A stretch of DNA of 64,000 nt from Lepidodermella squamata (GCA_047495785.1 JBLDXI010000009.1:1426001-1490000), one strand, 5' to 3'. Counted from the stretch's first letter, positions 12,005-26,937 are shown. Notes: generated from the sequence alone by a model not told the origin. Numbers and translations: made by a program.

Positions 12005-13723
12005 TCAAATTAAATGCCGTTTTATATACGCATTGATATCTTCCGGGGTCAACGCGTCTCTCAAGCATGCGGTTGAAGGTGACAAAAGGGGCGTGAAAAG
12101 CGCGCGAAGACCGCAGAATTTTGAGACGAAAGATCGGTCATCCGAGGCGTGGTAACTGACGAGGGCACAATCGGCTGGACGGCTTCGACTGCCGTCTAGT
12201 AAAACCAAGCCAACAGGAAACACGAATTGCTCTATAAAAAACATTAAAATTAATAATTGAATTTTTCATGAATTTTTTTCATACCTGCTAGGTGGTTTGG
12301 CAAGACTAGTCTGCTAGAATTGAAAACTTCTTCGTTGACATCAAGCTTGCGACTAATGAAAACAGTGCACATCGACGATAGATTGTTAGTAATGCCGGTT
12401 ACAGCTCGTAGTAAAACAAAATGAGCGCTGTATTTCATCTTGATATCAGGCCTAAAAAATTAAGCCAATTATTTTTCAGTTAAGGTCTCTCAAAATTACT
12501 TCTGATTTTGGCGAAACTTTCCGACCTGAACAGTGGTATGGATGACAGTCAAGTAGTAGATGTGGTTTTCGACGCCAGCAACAAATTCGTTGTTTATCTG
12601 TTGGCTTTTATGGTAAGCGATCAGAGGCGATCCGCCGCGCATGATCAGTTGGTCGTTTTTCATTTTTTGAACATTAGGCGAACCGCGCGCAGGTAGCAGA
12701 TTTCCGCGTGGTTCGTCGATAACAAAGCGGCAAGGAACCTGGGAAGCGGTCCCGATATCACATTGAAGAACACGCAGTGGGTTGAACATGTAAACGTAAT
12801 GCAGGCGGCCAGCTAAATCGAACGGAGCCCAGTTCGATTCAATTTTCGCCGGGACGAAATTTTCTACCCTGAAAATTAGGGAAAAATTAAGAATTGTTTT
12901 ACTTAAATTTCGGTTTCACGTACTTTGGTTGGAGTAATCTTCGCTTTACTGTGTCCCACAAAAACATTCGGCCTGCCATTTCGCGGTTGTCTCGTAACAT
13001 GTAAAAACTGACAAAGATTGAATTTCCGATCTAGGAAGATAAAGTCAAAGGTTAAATCAACCTTTTCAAAAAATGGCTCACTTGAAGCACCCTTGGGTCA
13101 GATGGGCCACCGCCACTGAGAAATTGAATCGGTGCGGCGATTGGCATCAAAGAGCCAGGCATTTCCTCTCGTTTAAAATCGGCCGATAGCAGTTGTTGGT
13201 ACAAATAATTTTCTTGATATTCATTCTGCCATTGGGCTTTTGCGTCGTTTTTGAACCAGATTCGCATGACGACAAGGTAACGCTTGTTCGGTAATTTTAC
13301 CAAGCCAGGGCTGAGAAGATGCATCTGACGTCGTGGTGCATCTTCGTTGGTTTCGGATATGAACACCTGTTCGCGAATTTTATCGTCCAACTGCGGCGAA
13401 AACGCGTGCACGAGCCACGTATCGATGACAGCACTTGGGCGCCAGGACTGCGGGTGGTGGGTCGACGCAGTCAAGGCGATACCAGTCAACTTATAAGTAA
13501 AACGATGCGGGTCAAATTCGATCGGTTTAACCGAACTTGCGGTGATGTTATCGATGCTGGCGTATTTGACATTTTTCGTGTTGTTATTGTTAAGGCGGAT
13601 TGGGTGATTAGAACAAATTTCCACCCCGTTATTCAATAACGTATTGTCGCCCAGTGTGAGCAATGAAGCATAAATTGTGATATCCAAGAGACAGCCGATG
13701 AGAAGCAAAAGCCTCAGCATCAT
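12005..13723 (-). CDS. Signal-anchored putative 5-bladed beta-propeller glycosyltransferase/glycosidase-like protein (GT91/GH130-like), 5 exons
   Basis: Hydrophobic N-terminus MMLRLLLLIGCLL; spliced motifs GPSDPR, IESNWAPF, VYMFNPLRVLQC, MRGGSPL, FVFPVGL and VSYHASD. Confidence 0.6.
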
Positions 13724-14924
13724 TTGAAATCGAAATATCTCAGGATAATGAATAGTGTCACATCGCCCCAAGAATTTCAGGTGAGATTTTTATTGAATTT
13801 TTAATGAGCCCCTAAAATGCGAGATATGTAAATTTTAAATATTGAACTATTATGTAGCGTTAGCTGCACGGATGTCCCTACTTCTCAGCTATTAACAATA
13901 TAATACCGTCTTCACTCTTGAGTTGATGAAATGCTTGAAAATTTGTTTAACACAACGGCGTAATTTAATATTGATGGGCCAAACCTTGTGTGTGTGTCTG
14001 CCAAGTTTGCAGGTTGTTTGATGGCCAAGGTATTTGCCCTCAGGGGCCAGCGCAATATCGCCAAGAAGTGATAAGCTCGCGCATGGCGTCGCCGCTCGCC
14101 CCCTGTTGTAGAAATGAGGAGAGAATACAATTTCAATTGTCTGCGCACACTAAACTTTGCCGAGTTTAAGGTCACGCGCTAATAGCGACGAAAACGACAA
14201 ACCAGCAAATACAATAAGTGGGCGCAATAATAATTCTTTCCACAACGACAGATGTCTGGTGGTTTTCACGTGCGCCGCATAAATCGTGCGAATTACGTTT
14301 TGAACTAATACGCAAGTCATACCTCAAATTAATTTTCAAGTTTTACGAAAAAAATCGCATTTTATATTCAGAATTAAGGAAGTCTCTTGCCTGCGATATT
14401 TACTCAGCAGCTCTTGTTATTGTTTATGTCGATCAAGCAGTTTTCAATCAAGCCTAATTGACTGACAAACAAAAATGCCGTTGTAAATAAAATATTGGTT
14501 GTGCCTGTTAAATTTCTCTGTTTTTTTCACTCTTTTCCCGAAATTGGCACTAATATATTGATTATGGTAGACGACCATTGCCAGCTCGTATCAGCATTGC
14601 CTATCTGCTCGGCGTTATCAAAACCCGAAATTTAGCTTCGACCGCCTATTTCTTGGGCCGTCGAATCAGATAAAACAACAAAATAATTCTGCGATGACCA
14701 GCGTGTTAAAAGGACAGTTTTCTAGAAGTATTTTTCGGCTTATATGGTTATCACCCCAAATTAGCAGAGATATGGAGAGAAATAAATTGATGTTGAATAA
14801 GTCAGCCGGTTAAAACCCGCCCTGTCTCTTATCATTCGTCGAAATTTGCCGTATACGTACCGATGATAAGAATTTGTCTTGCTTGCGTTGGTGTTCGCCG
14901 GAACTTGCGAATAACCTATATTGC

Positions 14925-14934
14925 CCATATAAGG
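14925..14934 (+). promoter_or_regulatory. CArG box
   Basis: CCATATAAGG about 135 nt upstream of the actin ATG. Confidence 0.65.
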
Positions 14935-15051
14935 CAAAAGTAGCCGCCATTTTATCACCGCCGTTTGTTGACTCAACGTTTATAGCTGCAAGACACAGGC
15001 CGGCTGACATTATACCAGTTTCACGCGTGTCGGTAATTTTCCGTGTAATAA

Positions 15052-16200
<1,149 letters not shown>

Positions 16201-16774
16201 ACACGCGAAAACGATCGACTGGTTGAGATATAATAATATAATTATTGATTCGTTTTTTGTCTTATTTCTATGTTTTGTGTACACCCTGTTTGATTCGATA
16301 AACCTAAGGATGGTAGTATAGAGGCGAAACAATCCCTTCAATCGAGATTATTTCACTTCATGTTATCTAGAATTTTTAGATTGATTGTTCATCTTTGAGA
16401 TCAAAATAAAAGAAGAGCCTTTGTGAACTTATTTCTTTGTTAAACCTGTTATACCTGTTACAACTACAACGTATTACCTATGATGAACCCGGAACCTGAT
16501 GACACCGCAGAGGATTAATTATTGCCGAAGCTTCATATAACAGCAAGATCAGCGCCTGATCATTTCTACAATTCGATTGCCAATTGCCTAAAATTAGTAC
16601 ACGTTTCAAATCCCTTAGTTTTAAATTGCTAAAAATCAGGTAAAATAAGGAAAATTTCAAGGAAAATTTGCAGGAATATTCGGAATGACCTCAACAACCT
16701 TGAATTTCAAATTTCAGAATTATTTTGTAGTGAAAAGCTTATTTTCAATTTTCGAAATCGCTGTTTTATTTCAC

Positions 16775-17114
16775 CGTACTGCCCGAAAAAATTGTCAGCC
16801 TCGAATAAATGGCAGCCTCAAATAAATTTCAGAGGTCAGAGGTCGTTCGAAAAAGATAACGTCAGGCTAGTGGCGGGGACAATATCACAATGAATATGAC
16901 AATGAAGATCACTAATGAGGTCATTTTCAGCCATTCTGGTTGGATATAATTTCTACTCTTTGCACTTAGAAAGGTCAGGGACCAATATTTAGAGCCCAAA
17001 TACGTAGAATCTCAGGGAAATGTGTGCCTCTTCGGCTGGATCAGGTAAATAAATGTCAGGGCTTCATCAACGTTTGAAAAAAGAAATGGCATGGTTATTT
17101 TTCTGGGCAGTACG
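16775..17114. mobile_element. Degenerate MITE (probably Tc1/mariner-pogo-like)
   Basis: Terminal inverted repeat CGTACTGCCC / GGGCAGTACG followed by A/T runs, internal tandem CAGCCTCRAATAAAT, no ORF, TA on the right flank only. Confidence 0.5.
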
Positions 17115-17254
17115 ATAGCTACCCTTCGTAACGGTATTACCATGGTTTCAAATGGCTGACTGCCAGCTTAATTTGGGGAAAATGAGTGACTCATAAAGCT
17201 ATGAAGCTATGACTCACCTGCTGCGACTGACAAAAGTATAGCCTTGAGAAATGT

Positions 17255-17391
17255 CCTTATATGGCAAGACATTTTCATTCCTTATTTAGAAAAATGCGTG
17301 GGCGTAAACTTTAAATTGATTATCCAACCGAAAAATGAATGCATCTTTATCAGTAGTTCATCCAATCCGCACCTCAATATCCCAAATATGG
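17255..17391 (+). promoter_or_regulatory. Two CArG boxes
   Basis: CCTTATATGG (17255-17264) and CCAAATATGG (17382-17391) upstream of the actin at 17517. Confidence 0.65.
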
Positions 17392-17516
17392 ATAAAGGAC
17401 AAGTTGGTGCTATGTTCAAAAGAGGACATAGATTTCGATGGGCTCGTAATATAAGCCACCGAATTTTCAGCATCGGTATTCCAATTGTCTCATCAGAGTT
17501 ACTTTAGCAACTAAAT

Positions 17517-18650
17517 ATGACACTAAACGAAGATATCGCAGCAGTGGTTATCGACAACGGATCCGGCATGTGTAAGGCCGGTTTCGCCGGAGACGATGCG
17601 CCCCGAGCCGCTTTCCCATCAATTGTCGGACGGCCGCGTCACTCCGGGTGGATGGTCGGTATGGCGGGGAAGGAGTGCTACATCGGCGATGAAGCCCAGG
17701 CTATGCGAGGGATACTTTCGCTGAGGTACCCTATCGAACACGGCATCGTCACCAACTGGGACGATATGGAGAAAATCTGGCATCACACCTTCTACAACGA
17801 ACTCCGCGTCGCGCCTGAGGAGCACCCCGTTCTGCTGACTGAGGCCCCCCTCAACCCGAAGGCTAACCGCGAAAAAATGACTCAGATCATGTTCGAAACT
17901 TTCAACGTGCCAGCTATGTACGTCGCCATTCAGGCTGTTATGTCCCTTTACGCGTCTGGTCGAACAACTGGCTTGGTTTTAGATTCAGGAGACGGTGTTT
18001 CTCACGTCGTTCCGATCTACGAAGGTTTCGCCCTGCCACACGCTATTCAACGCATCGATCTAGCTGGACGTGATTTGACGTCGTACCTGACGAAAATTCT
18101 CACGGAGCGCGGGTATTCATTCGTGACATCAGCCGAGCGTGAAATTGTTCGCGATATCAAGGAGAAATTGTGCTACGTCGCCCTCGATTTTGAGCAGGAG
18201 ATGCAAGTCGCTGCTAGTTCGAGTTCGCTTGAGAAAAGCTACGAATTACCCGATGGTCAAATTATTACGATTGGCAGCGAGCGATTCCGTACTCCGGAGG
18301 TGTTGTTCCAGCCGTCATTTCTTGGCATGGAGTCTGGCGGAATCCACGAAGCAGTATTCAAGTCAATCATGAAGTGCGACATCGATATTAGAAAGAACCT
18401 ATACGCGGATATTGTGCTGTCTGGTGGCACGACCATGTATCCTGGATTGGCCGACCGTATGCAGAAGGAAATCACCGCGCTCGCCCCGCAGTCGATGAAG
18501 GTCAAGATCATCGCCCCGCCAGAGCGCAAGTACTCTGTCTGGATCGGAGGTTCCATTCTCGCTTCGCTCTCCACCTTCCAACAGATGTGGATCAGCAAGC
18601 AGGAGTACGACGAAGCCGGCCCGAGCATTGTCCACCGAAAATGCTTTTGA
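17517..18650 (+). CDS. Act: Actin, moderately divergent paralogue (intronless CDS)
   Basis: 377 aa full-length actin with an altered N-terminus and D-loop ([15 protein letters not shown]). Confidence 0.98.
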
Positions 18651-18839
18651 AAACTGTCAAAAAAATCGAGCGCTTGCAATTTTTAATCGAGATAATTTAC
18701 ATTTTTAAATCAATTTTTGTACAATAAACTTTGCTGATTTTTTTATTACTTTTCTCTCCCTTATGTGAGCAGTGGTATTTCGGAAATACGCCGATTTATT
18801 AAATTATTATGAACTAAGAACACTGTTGCAACAACTTGT

Positions 18840-18855
18840 GGCCCTGAAAAGGGCC
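18840..18855 (-). terminator. Histone 3' stem-loop (H4a)
   Basis: GGCCCTTTTCAGGGCC on the - strand followed by ACAA. Confidence 0.95.
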
Positions 18856-18919
18856 GGTTAGTAGGCTGTTTGATGACACCGGTGTTCGGGTGCCGAATCG
18901 AAACGACGAGAGCAGGCTC

Positions 18920-19285
<366 letters not shown>

Positions 19286-19889
19286 CTAACAACTTTCTGG
19301 CTGTAAAACTCGTGAATTTAAAGCCCTGCTTTCGCGCGCTTTCTCCGCCATATTGATAATGCCACGTGTTTCACTGGAAGCGTGTCATAATTTCCCGCCA
19401 GACATGTGCACTATTCATTTTATATGTCATTCACCTTCTTACAGTGAAAAAGGCGGTTGGAAAAAAATTATTAAGCATATTTCATAATTAGTTTTTGATT
19501 TCTTGGTAAATCAATTGTCAAGAGCTATATAAAACGTACGGCCAAATTATCACGGCTTCGGCTATCATCATCTCAAATGACCCCACTTTCGATGTTCTTT
19601 ACTAAATTTGTGGACATCCCAAATCTACTCAATGCTTTTGAAAACGGAATTTCCGGCCGGTGAACGGTATTTTACAGAAAAAATCGAATAGAGACACGTT
19701 TTAAGCAGTGAATATTTTATTGCTTTTCGAGCATTTTATAAAAAAAAATCACGCATCATTTGTCAAATGAAACTCTTTCCAAAGCTCCATGTTCAAAATA
19801 GAAAAAACTGTTTATCTGAATTTTTTATTTATCCCTTTCAGCCTTGGAGAAAACATCCACTTCATCGTATATCATCGGAATATCGATAT

Positions 19890-21711
19890 TCAATTGCAAC
19901 ATTCATAAGCTAAATGAATATGCTGCACTTCAGACATCGTTTTAGGATAGACCAATCGAAGCTTGACAGTCATACTCTCAATCTTCACGTCACTGGTCCA
20001 ACATTGAGACATCGCCCCATCGAGATACATCGGACGCAAATAGTGAACACTTTGATGCAAGAAGTGAATTGTACACTGCAACGGAGCGGTCGGGTCGCGA
20101 TAAATTCGTTTGACGCTTTCTGAGCCGCTGATGAAATTGAGGACGAATTCAACCGTAACATCGAGAGCAAGTGGGAAGCCTTGATCGCTACACGTATGGC
20201 CGATTTGATAACCAATGGCCAATTTTGGAACGTAGCCATATTGGCTTGAGCACGGCATATCACCTCTGTTGACCGAGAAGTCGTTCTCGTTGAAGTGAAA
20301 TTTCGAGTAAGCATCCATTGACGATAGGTAGAAGTACAGAAGATATTCGCCTGATGTTACCTTATGCTTCTTCCGTCGATAATTAGCCAAAAATACTTTA
20401 CCAGTGGAGGAGCCGGCGGGTGATTGATCAATCAACGCATCAAGAAGTCGGCTGTCTTTGACAAATGGCCGATTCATAGCTAGGAAACAATCAGCCGAAC
20501 TAATTTTCGAAGTGTTTGCCAAGGGCGGAAAATTGTCGATGCTATAAGAAACTTCTCTGCTCAGTGAGGTTATGTAGGCTGAGGCGCGACTCGGGTTTCC
20601 TGAAATTTCATCCGCAAGAAGCTTGACAGATTTTTGCAGATAAAAAGCGATGCCATTCACAATTTCAGCATGCATAAGCCAAGATGGGTGAAAATTATCT
20701 TCGGGCGTTATGTAAGTTCCTGTTACAAAGATGGTTTTAGTCTAGTCTTGAATGCGTGGAAAACTCACTCCTGATGGAATCCATCTGGGAAGTCCATGTA
20801 GCATTGTGATAGTAGTCGCAAATTCGATGATGCCACTGAATAGTCGTCAAGTTGTAGTGCTCAGCCACCCGTTTGAGAATATCTTTGAACGGCCACAAGC
20901 AGGATGGAGCTTTGACAACGACGTTATGCACATCAGGAAAGGCGATCAGCATGATATCGGTTGTCGGGCTTTCCCTTCTTAAGACACGAATGAGCTGTTC
21001 TAGATTATGCCCATCGTTGATTAAATAATCATCCATCATTTGTATTACTGCAGCGTTTTCATTAACCATCTCGTCGATGAATAAGAGATCGATTTCGGTC
21101 AAATTCAGGTGATTTTTCACGCAGCCAGTGTAGTAATTTGCCGTCGCTCCTCCGACTCCAGCGTTGTAAAATTCTACATGAATGCCGACTTCAGCCAGCC
21201 AAGGTCTCATCCATTTTGCCAGGTAAGCGATGTAAACTTCGAAATCTTTGATGCCATGACCTGCAGTGATTGAACCTCCGATAGCAGCCATACGAAATGT
21301 CCGTTTTCCGCCTTTTCTGAGCAGCAGTTCGAGCAGCCTGATATGAAAACGGCTCGGAGATCCTAGCGTCCATATCGACTGCTCATCGAGATAACCCGCT
21401 GAGACGTTCGGGTTAGCTTGCTGGATCAAATTTAACAGAAATTTCGACTCGTTCGGTTGGTCTAGCAGGGAGTGATTTGCGAGTAGGCGCAGGCTTTGAA
21501 GGATCGATTTCACGTCATCTGAAGAAACATATATGTGCCACAGGGCCTTTCTCCCTTGTAATGGAGTTACATTGGTTCGCACTGCCAATGAGCGTATAAC
21601 ATCTGCAGTGCCCAACAAGTCAAAGCCCAGATTAGCAATGCACGTAATCACTAAGATTATTGTCACCGCAAAAAGCAATGAGAATAAGCGTCCATTTGAG
21701 GGTCCTCGCAT
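19890..21711 (-). CDS. Type II membrane SGNH/GDSL hydrolase-family protein, 2 exons
   Basis: N-terminal TM segment; block I AAIGGSITAG, block II NAGVGGA, block III FIDEMVNE. Removing intron 20720-20768 gives RTYITPEDNFHPSWLMH (block V DxxH). Confidence 0.8.
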
Positions 21712-22727
21712 GGCCAAATTTTATTTGAAAATTGAAATAATATGTCAACGAAAATGCTCGTGGATATGCCAACGTGACAATAATTTTTTATTTGGATGCA
21801 TTTTGTCAAAGGGCGAGCGACGAACGCGTATATTAAATCAACGAATTCAAACTTCAATACTCAAATCGCCGTGCTTGTTAGCATTTTTGGCAAAAAAAAG
21901 TCAAATTGAGCAGTTTTGCTTATTTGAATTTGACGAGACCCTAGATAAATAAAGAGATCCGATACGGTGATTTTCCTTTATGTGTGCCGAAATGGTTCAT
22001 CAATAGATTTTGCTTTCTTGGTTGCGCGAGACAATAAAATCGATCGCCAAGAGTTATATAAAAGTACGGCCAAGTCAGCATAACTGACAAGTGATTTCGG
22101 GTGGCTACTTCACCTCAATTTATTCGATTTTGTTTTCATTTATTTTAGCCATGCATGGGTTATGCATGTTTCTAATCCGAGTTTTCACCGGCTTCGCGTT
22201 AATTTTCTGGAATTTTTCAAATTCTCCAGAATGTAGCTATAAAAACGGCGCAGGCTTATATTGCTAGCTTGGTAGTATTATAATCATAATTTATGCACTT
22301 GACGTCGTAATTCATCAAACGATTTTTGCGAAATGATCGAAAAGCAACAGAGCATCACTGAGCACAAGCTGCTCTCTCATCGATTTCTTCTACCGAACAC
22401 TTTCACTGGCAGAAATTCGTTAAGCGTTTTGTGCGAAGGGAGATATGTATGCTCTGATTTTTCAAAAAAAGTCTAAGGTGGAGACATTTGAGATCAATTG
22501 AGGTGAAGTGAAAAAACACCTCTTTTTCTTCTAAAAACGGCTTTTTGCGGCTTTATCATCTTACAGGTAGTTTCAATTATTTTTTATCAGCTTCATATTC
22601 TTGTCACTGAATCTGCACCTGCATCTGCGCATTATTAATAAAATCATGCGAGAAATTTAAAAATCATTCTTTGAAATTGGCCCGAAATTCATTAATTAAT
22701 GATCGAAACACTGTTGCAATAACTTGT

Positions 22728-22743
22728 GGCCCTGAAAAGGGCC
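22728..22743 (-). terminator. Histone 3' stem-loop (H2A)
   Basis: GGCCCTTTTCAGGGCC on the - strand. Confidence 0.95.
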
Positions 22744-22776
22744 GGTTCATGCTTGTAGGCAACAAATGGGCGTCGT

Positions 22777-23220
22777 CTACTGAGACTGGCTAGCGGCGGC
22801 CTTCTTCTTGCCACCAGAAGCCGGCTTGGCAGCGGGTGCCTCGGCCGTTTTCTTGGGCAGGAGGACGGTCTGAATGTTGGGCAGAACACCGCCTTGGGCA
22901 ATAGTAACGTGCGACAGCAGCTTGTTCAACTCCTCGTCGTTGCGGATAGCCAGTTGGATGTGGCGAGGCACGATACGCGTCTTCTTGTTGTCGCGAGCCG
23001 CGTTTCCGGCCAACTCGAGCACTTCAGCAGCCAGGTACTCCATGACGGCGGCGAGGTAGACAGGCGCACCCGCACCGACACGCTCGGCGTAATTACCGCG
23101 CTTCAACAGACGCGTAATACGACCGACCGGGAATTGAAGACCGGCGCGGGACGACTTGGTCTTGGCCTTCTGGCGATTGGCCTTGCCACCTTTACCACGA
23201 CCAGCAGCTGGAGCGGACAT
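22777..23220 (-). CDS. H2A: Histone H2A with an extended C-terminal tail ending SQSQ (H2A.X-like)
   Basis: [37 protein letters not shown] and tail [25 protein letters not shown]. Confidence 0.97.
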   Translation of the reverse strand: MSAPAAGRGKGGKANRQKAKTKSSRAGLQFPVGRITRLLKRGNYAERVGAGAPVYLAAVMEYLAAEVLELAGNAARDNKKTRIVPRHIQLAIRNDEELNKLLSHVTIAQGGVLPNIQTVLLPKKTAEAPAAKPASGGKKKAAASQSQ

Positions 23221-23509
23221 TGTCAAGTTAGATGGTAGAGATGTTAGAGCGAAAATTAATACTTGAGCACGAACAAATGTGTGGTAGTTAATCCAGGGTT
23301 TAAATAGGCCGGAAAAGGGCGGGAATTTTTAGGCGCGAGATGCCGGTCATTGTTTACCCAGGCACGTGTGGTGAATGCGTAATCGCTAGACAGAGTTGGC
23401 ACTAAGGGCGCGCGCGCTAATGCGAACCGGGCCTATTAATATCGCCGTAAAAACCAGGTTTCATCGTTCGGAAAATTCTACTCATTTTCGCTTGAAATTT
23501 TCATACGCT

Positions 23510-23884
23510 ATGTCTCCAAAAGTCACTGGTAAAGTCGCGTCGAAGGGTTCAAAGAAGGCCGCGAAGCCGAAGACCGCCGGCGAGAAGAAGAAGCGCCATC
23601 GCCGCCGCGAGTCGTACAACATCTACATCTACAAGGTGTTGAAGCAGGTCCACCCGGACACTGGCATCTCCGGCAAGGCCATGGCCATCATGAACTCGTT
23701 TGTTAACGACATCTTCGAACGCATCGCCCTCGAGTCGTCGCGTTTGGCGCACTACAACAAGAAGGCCACCATAAGCAGTCGAGAGGTACAAACGGCTGTG
23801 CGTCTCCTGCTGCCTGGTGAGCTCGCCAAGCACGCCGTCTCAGAAGGCACCAAGGCCGTTACCAAGTATACCAGCTCGAAATAA
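23510..23884 (+). CDS. H2B: Histone H2B, divergently transcribed from H2A
   Basis: [21 protein letters not shown]...[16 protein letters not shown]; ATG at 23510. Confidence 0.99.
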   Translation: MSPKVTGKVASKGSKKAAKPKTAGEKKKRHRRRESYNIYIYKVLKQVHPDTGISGKAMAIMNSFVNDIFERIALESSRLAHYNKKATISSREVQTAVRLLLPGELAKHAVSEGTKAVTKYTSSK

Positions 23885-23924
23885 GCGCCTGAAGACCCAG
23901 TCATCGTCTTCTCACATCCGAACC

Positions 23925-23940
23925 GGCCCTTTTCAGGGCC
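23925..23940 (+). terminator. Histone 3' stem-loop (H2B)
   Basis: GGCCCTTTTCAGGGCC. Confidence 0.95.
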
Positions 23941-25061
23941 ACAAGTTGTTGCAACAGTGTTTCGTTTCTCGAATTGTCATCAAAAATAAAATAAAATGTT
24001 CGGGCTGCGTGACAAATTTTGAAGCTCTAAACTGGCTATCAGGGTTGAATGTTATCTTTTTGTTTCTGTCTTTTCTGAAAAATAAGAACGAAACCGACAC
24101 AGCAAGGGACATTTACGCAATTAAACTGAAGGTCACTTTGTTATGGAAGAGTATGAATATCTTGTCCGAAATAAGGCCAAAGAAGCAGAAAATCATATCG
24201 TAACAGCTCTAAGTCGTAGGAAGACTTCGAGGAAGACTCGAAAGAAATATGCAAATCAGGCGATAGATGTGGCTCGGTAGAAAAAATATCTGATTATTTC
24301 CGGGAAAGACAGTTGGCTCGCCAAAAGCAGAAACAAATTCTCTTTTCACTAATGTATGAGCCGCAATGCCCGAGAAAATTCGGCGATGTGAAATCGAGCC
24401 ATTTCTAAGACCAGGCCGAGAAAAACATTGAATTCATTCCGAGCTGGAGCCGAGGTCCTTCTCCGTTGGTATTTGCTTATCAGTTTTATATCGTCTTCCT
24501 GAATCAGTCACCCTTGAAGTTTAATCGGACCTGATCGTTTTTTCGAATTTTAACATTATTTGATTTTTTCGTCAGATGTCAAGTACATCCTCTTCCCTCC
24601 AGCAAAAGTTAACAACTCATTTCGAAACATTGGAAAAGACGTTCAAATTTATTTCGTGAATGGTCTCGCAAAACTCGCTATCGAAGGGCGAAAAATATTA
24701 AAAATAGAACAGGGAACATCGGCGGTCATCACGGTGAAAATGTTCACTAAACTTCGCAAGAAGCTTGGAGAAGATATAGATGTAATTCCTGTTTTTTCGT
24801 CGTCAGTCGTCAGACGTCCTATGCGTTACCTTGCCAGGTTTAAAGCTTAGCAGTGGTTGTTCGGTTTTACTGGCGTGATCAATAGGTTGGCGGTATTAGT
24901 GCTTCTGACAAACTTTGGCGGCAAAACCAATGCAAAATAATTATTTTATTACTATCATGACTCAAAAATGAAAAACCAGGCCGAAAATGAAAATCCTACG
25001 ACTAACAATTTATTACTATCAGCAGTTTTCGTGAGAGATAAACACTGTTGCAACAACTTGT

Positions 25062-25077
25062 GGCCCTGAAAAGGGCC
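25062..25077 (-). terminator. Histone 3' stem-loop (H4b)
   Basis: GGCCCTTTTCAGGGCC on the - strand. Confidence 0.95.
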
Positions 25078-25141
25078 GGTTAGTTGGCTGTTTGATGACA
25101 CCGGTGTTCGAGTGCCGAATCGAAACGACGAGAGCTGGCTC

Positions 25142-25480
<339 letters not shown>

Positions 25481-25741
25481 TCAAACAGGAAATTACAAAT
25501 GAGCCACTAACAAATTTTACGACGTTTCAATTGAGCGTTTTATACGTCCGCTTCCCGCCATATGGGCGCCATATTTGCGTGAGAGCGCGTGCCTCGATTA
25601 TGATTGGCCGGGAGATGGCGCGCTTACGACTTCCGCTGTGCACGCCCTGGCATAAATACCATGCGTAATCGTGGCCTAAGTGTCGGTTCAATAAACTAAA
25701 TTTCGCATTCTCTGCTCTGTTCCATCGTTCATCTGCTCTAA

Positions 25742-26158
<417 letters not shown>

Positions 26159-26222
26159 ACCATCAGTCGTCAAGCGCTTTGAACAAAATCGCCTCTGCTG
26201 CCATCATGCAGGCGTACCGACC

Positions 26223-26238
26223 GGCCCTTTTCAGGGCC
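26223..26238 (+). terminator. Histone 3' stem-loop (H3)
   Basis: GGCCCTTTTCAGGGCC. Confidence 0.95.
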
Positions 26239-26524
26239 ACAAGTTATTGCAACAGTGTTTATTTTTTCATTGATTGTTTTCGAGTAAAATAAAAAGTTTC
26301 AGAGGTCTCATTGCGAACTTTGAATGACTTCACACCTTGCAGCAGAATTGAAGGGCATCATCCGATAGCTATTAAAATAACAAATGAAAAACCGATGTAT
26401 CGAATGAGAAGATCGTAAATTGATTTCTGTTGCGCCAATTTTTCGTCAATTGGGATCACATCAACAGGGAATATCACAGCCGCACACCGAGGCACAATTG
26501 CACATCGAGATTTTGGGGCAAATA

Positions 26525-26937
26525 CAGTGAAAGTTGCCTAAAACGCACGTTTTCGGATGGTTCGATCCAAAAGTGCAAACTTTTAATTATAATTTTACCA
26601 GTCTAAACCGGACTGGTGCCATGAAAAAGGTAAATCTTGCGGCGGATTTGGAGAAAAATGTAGGCACATGCATGAGACACCTCGAAAAATTTGAAATTTT
26701 TCAATCGGCCAATTATCCCGGATCTAGAATCTAGGGTCTATGTAGTTCAATTAGTTAAATGGAAAGGTATGACTTGAATTACTTCGATGTTCGCAAAATT
26801 TAAAAAAAAAATCTGAAGTTATACTTCCCTTATATTTCCTAAGCCGGACTCAGTCTGGTATAAAACAATACAGAATTCGTCTAAACCGGCCCATTTTGCC
26901 TGGCGCGACCCGAGTCTGGTACAGACAACTTTCACTG
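26525..26937. mobile_element. MITE, Tc1/mariner (pogo/Tigger-like), with TA target-site duplication
   Basis: TA|CAGTGAAAGTTG ... CAACTTTCACTG|TA, internal repeats of TAARCCGGAC and AGTCTGGTA, no credible ORF. Confidence 0.8.

Noticed and set aside
14861-14915. AATTTGTCT, resembling the U7 Sm site
   Set aside because: It lies in the actin promoter, its 5' sequence is not complementary to the histone downstream element, and there is no clean 3' hairpin.
24560-24850. 96-aa ORF between H2B and H4b, a possible H1 or histone relic
   Set aside because: Non-ATG start, no H1 globular domain or K/A/P-rich tail and no stem-loop.
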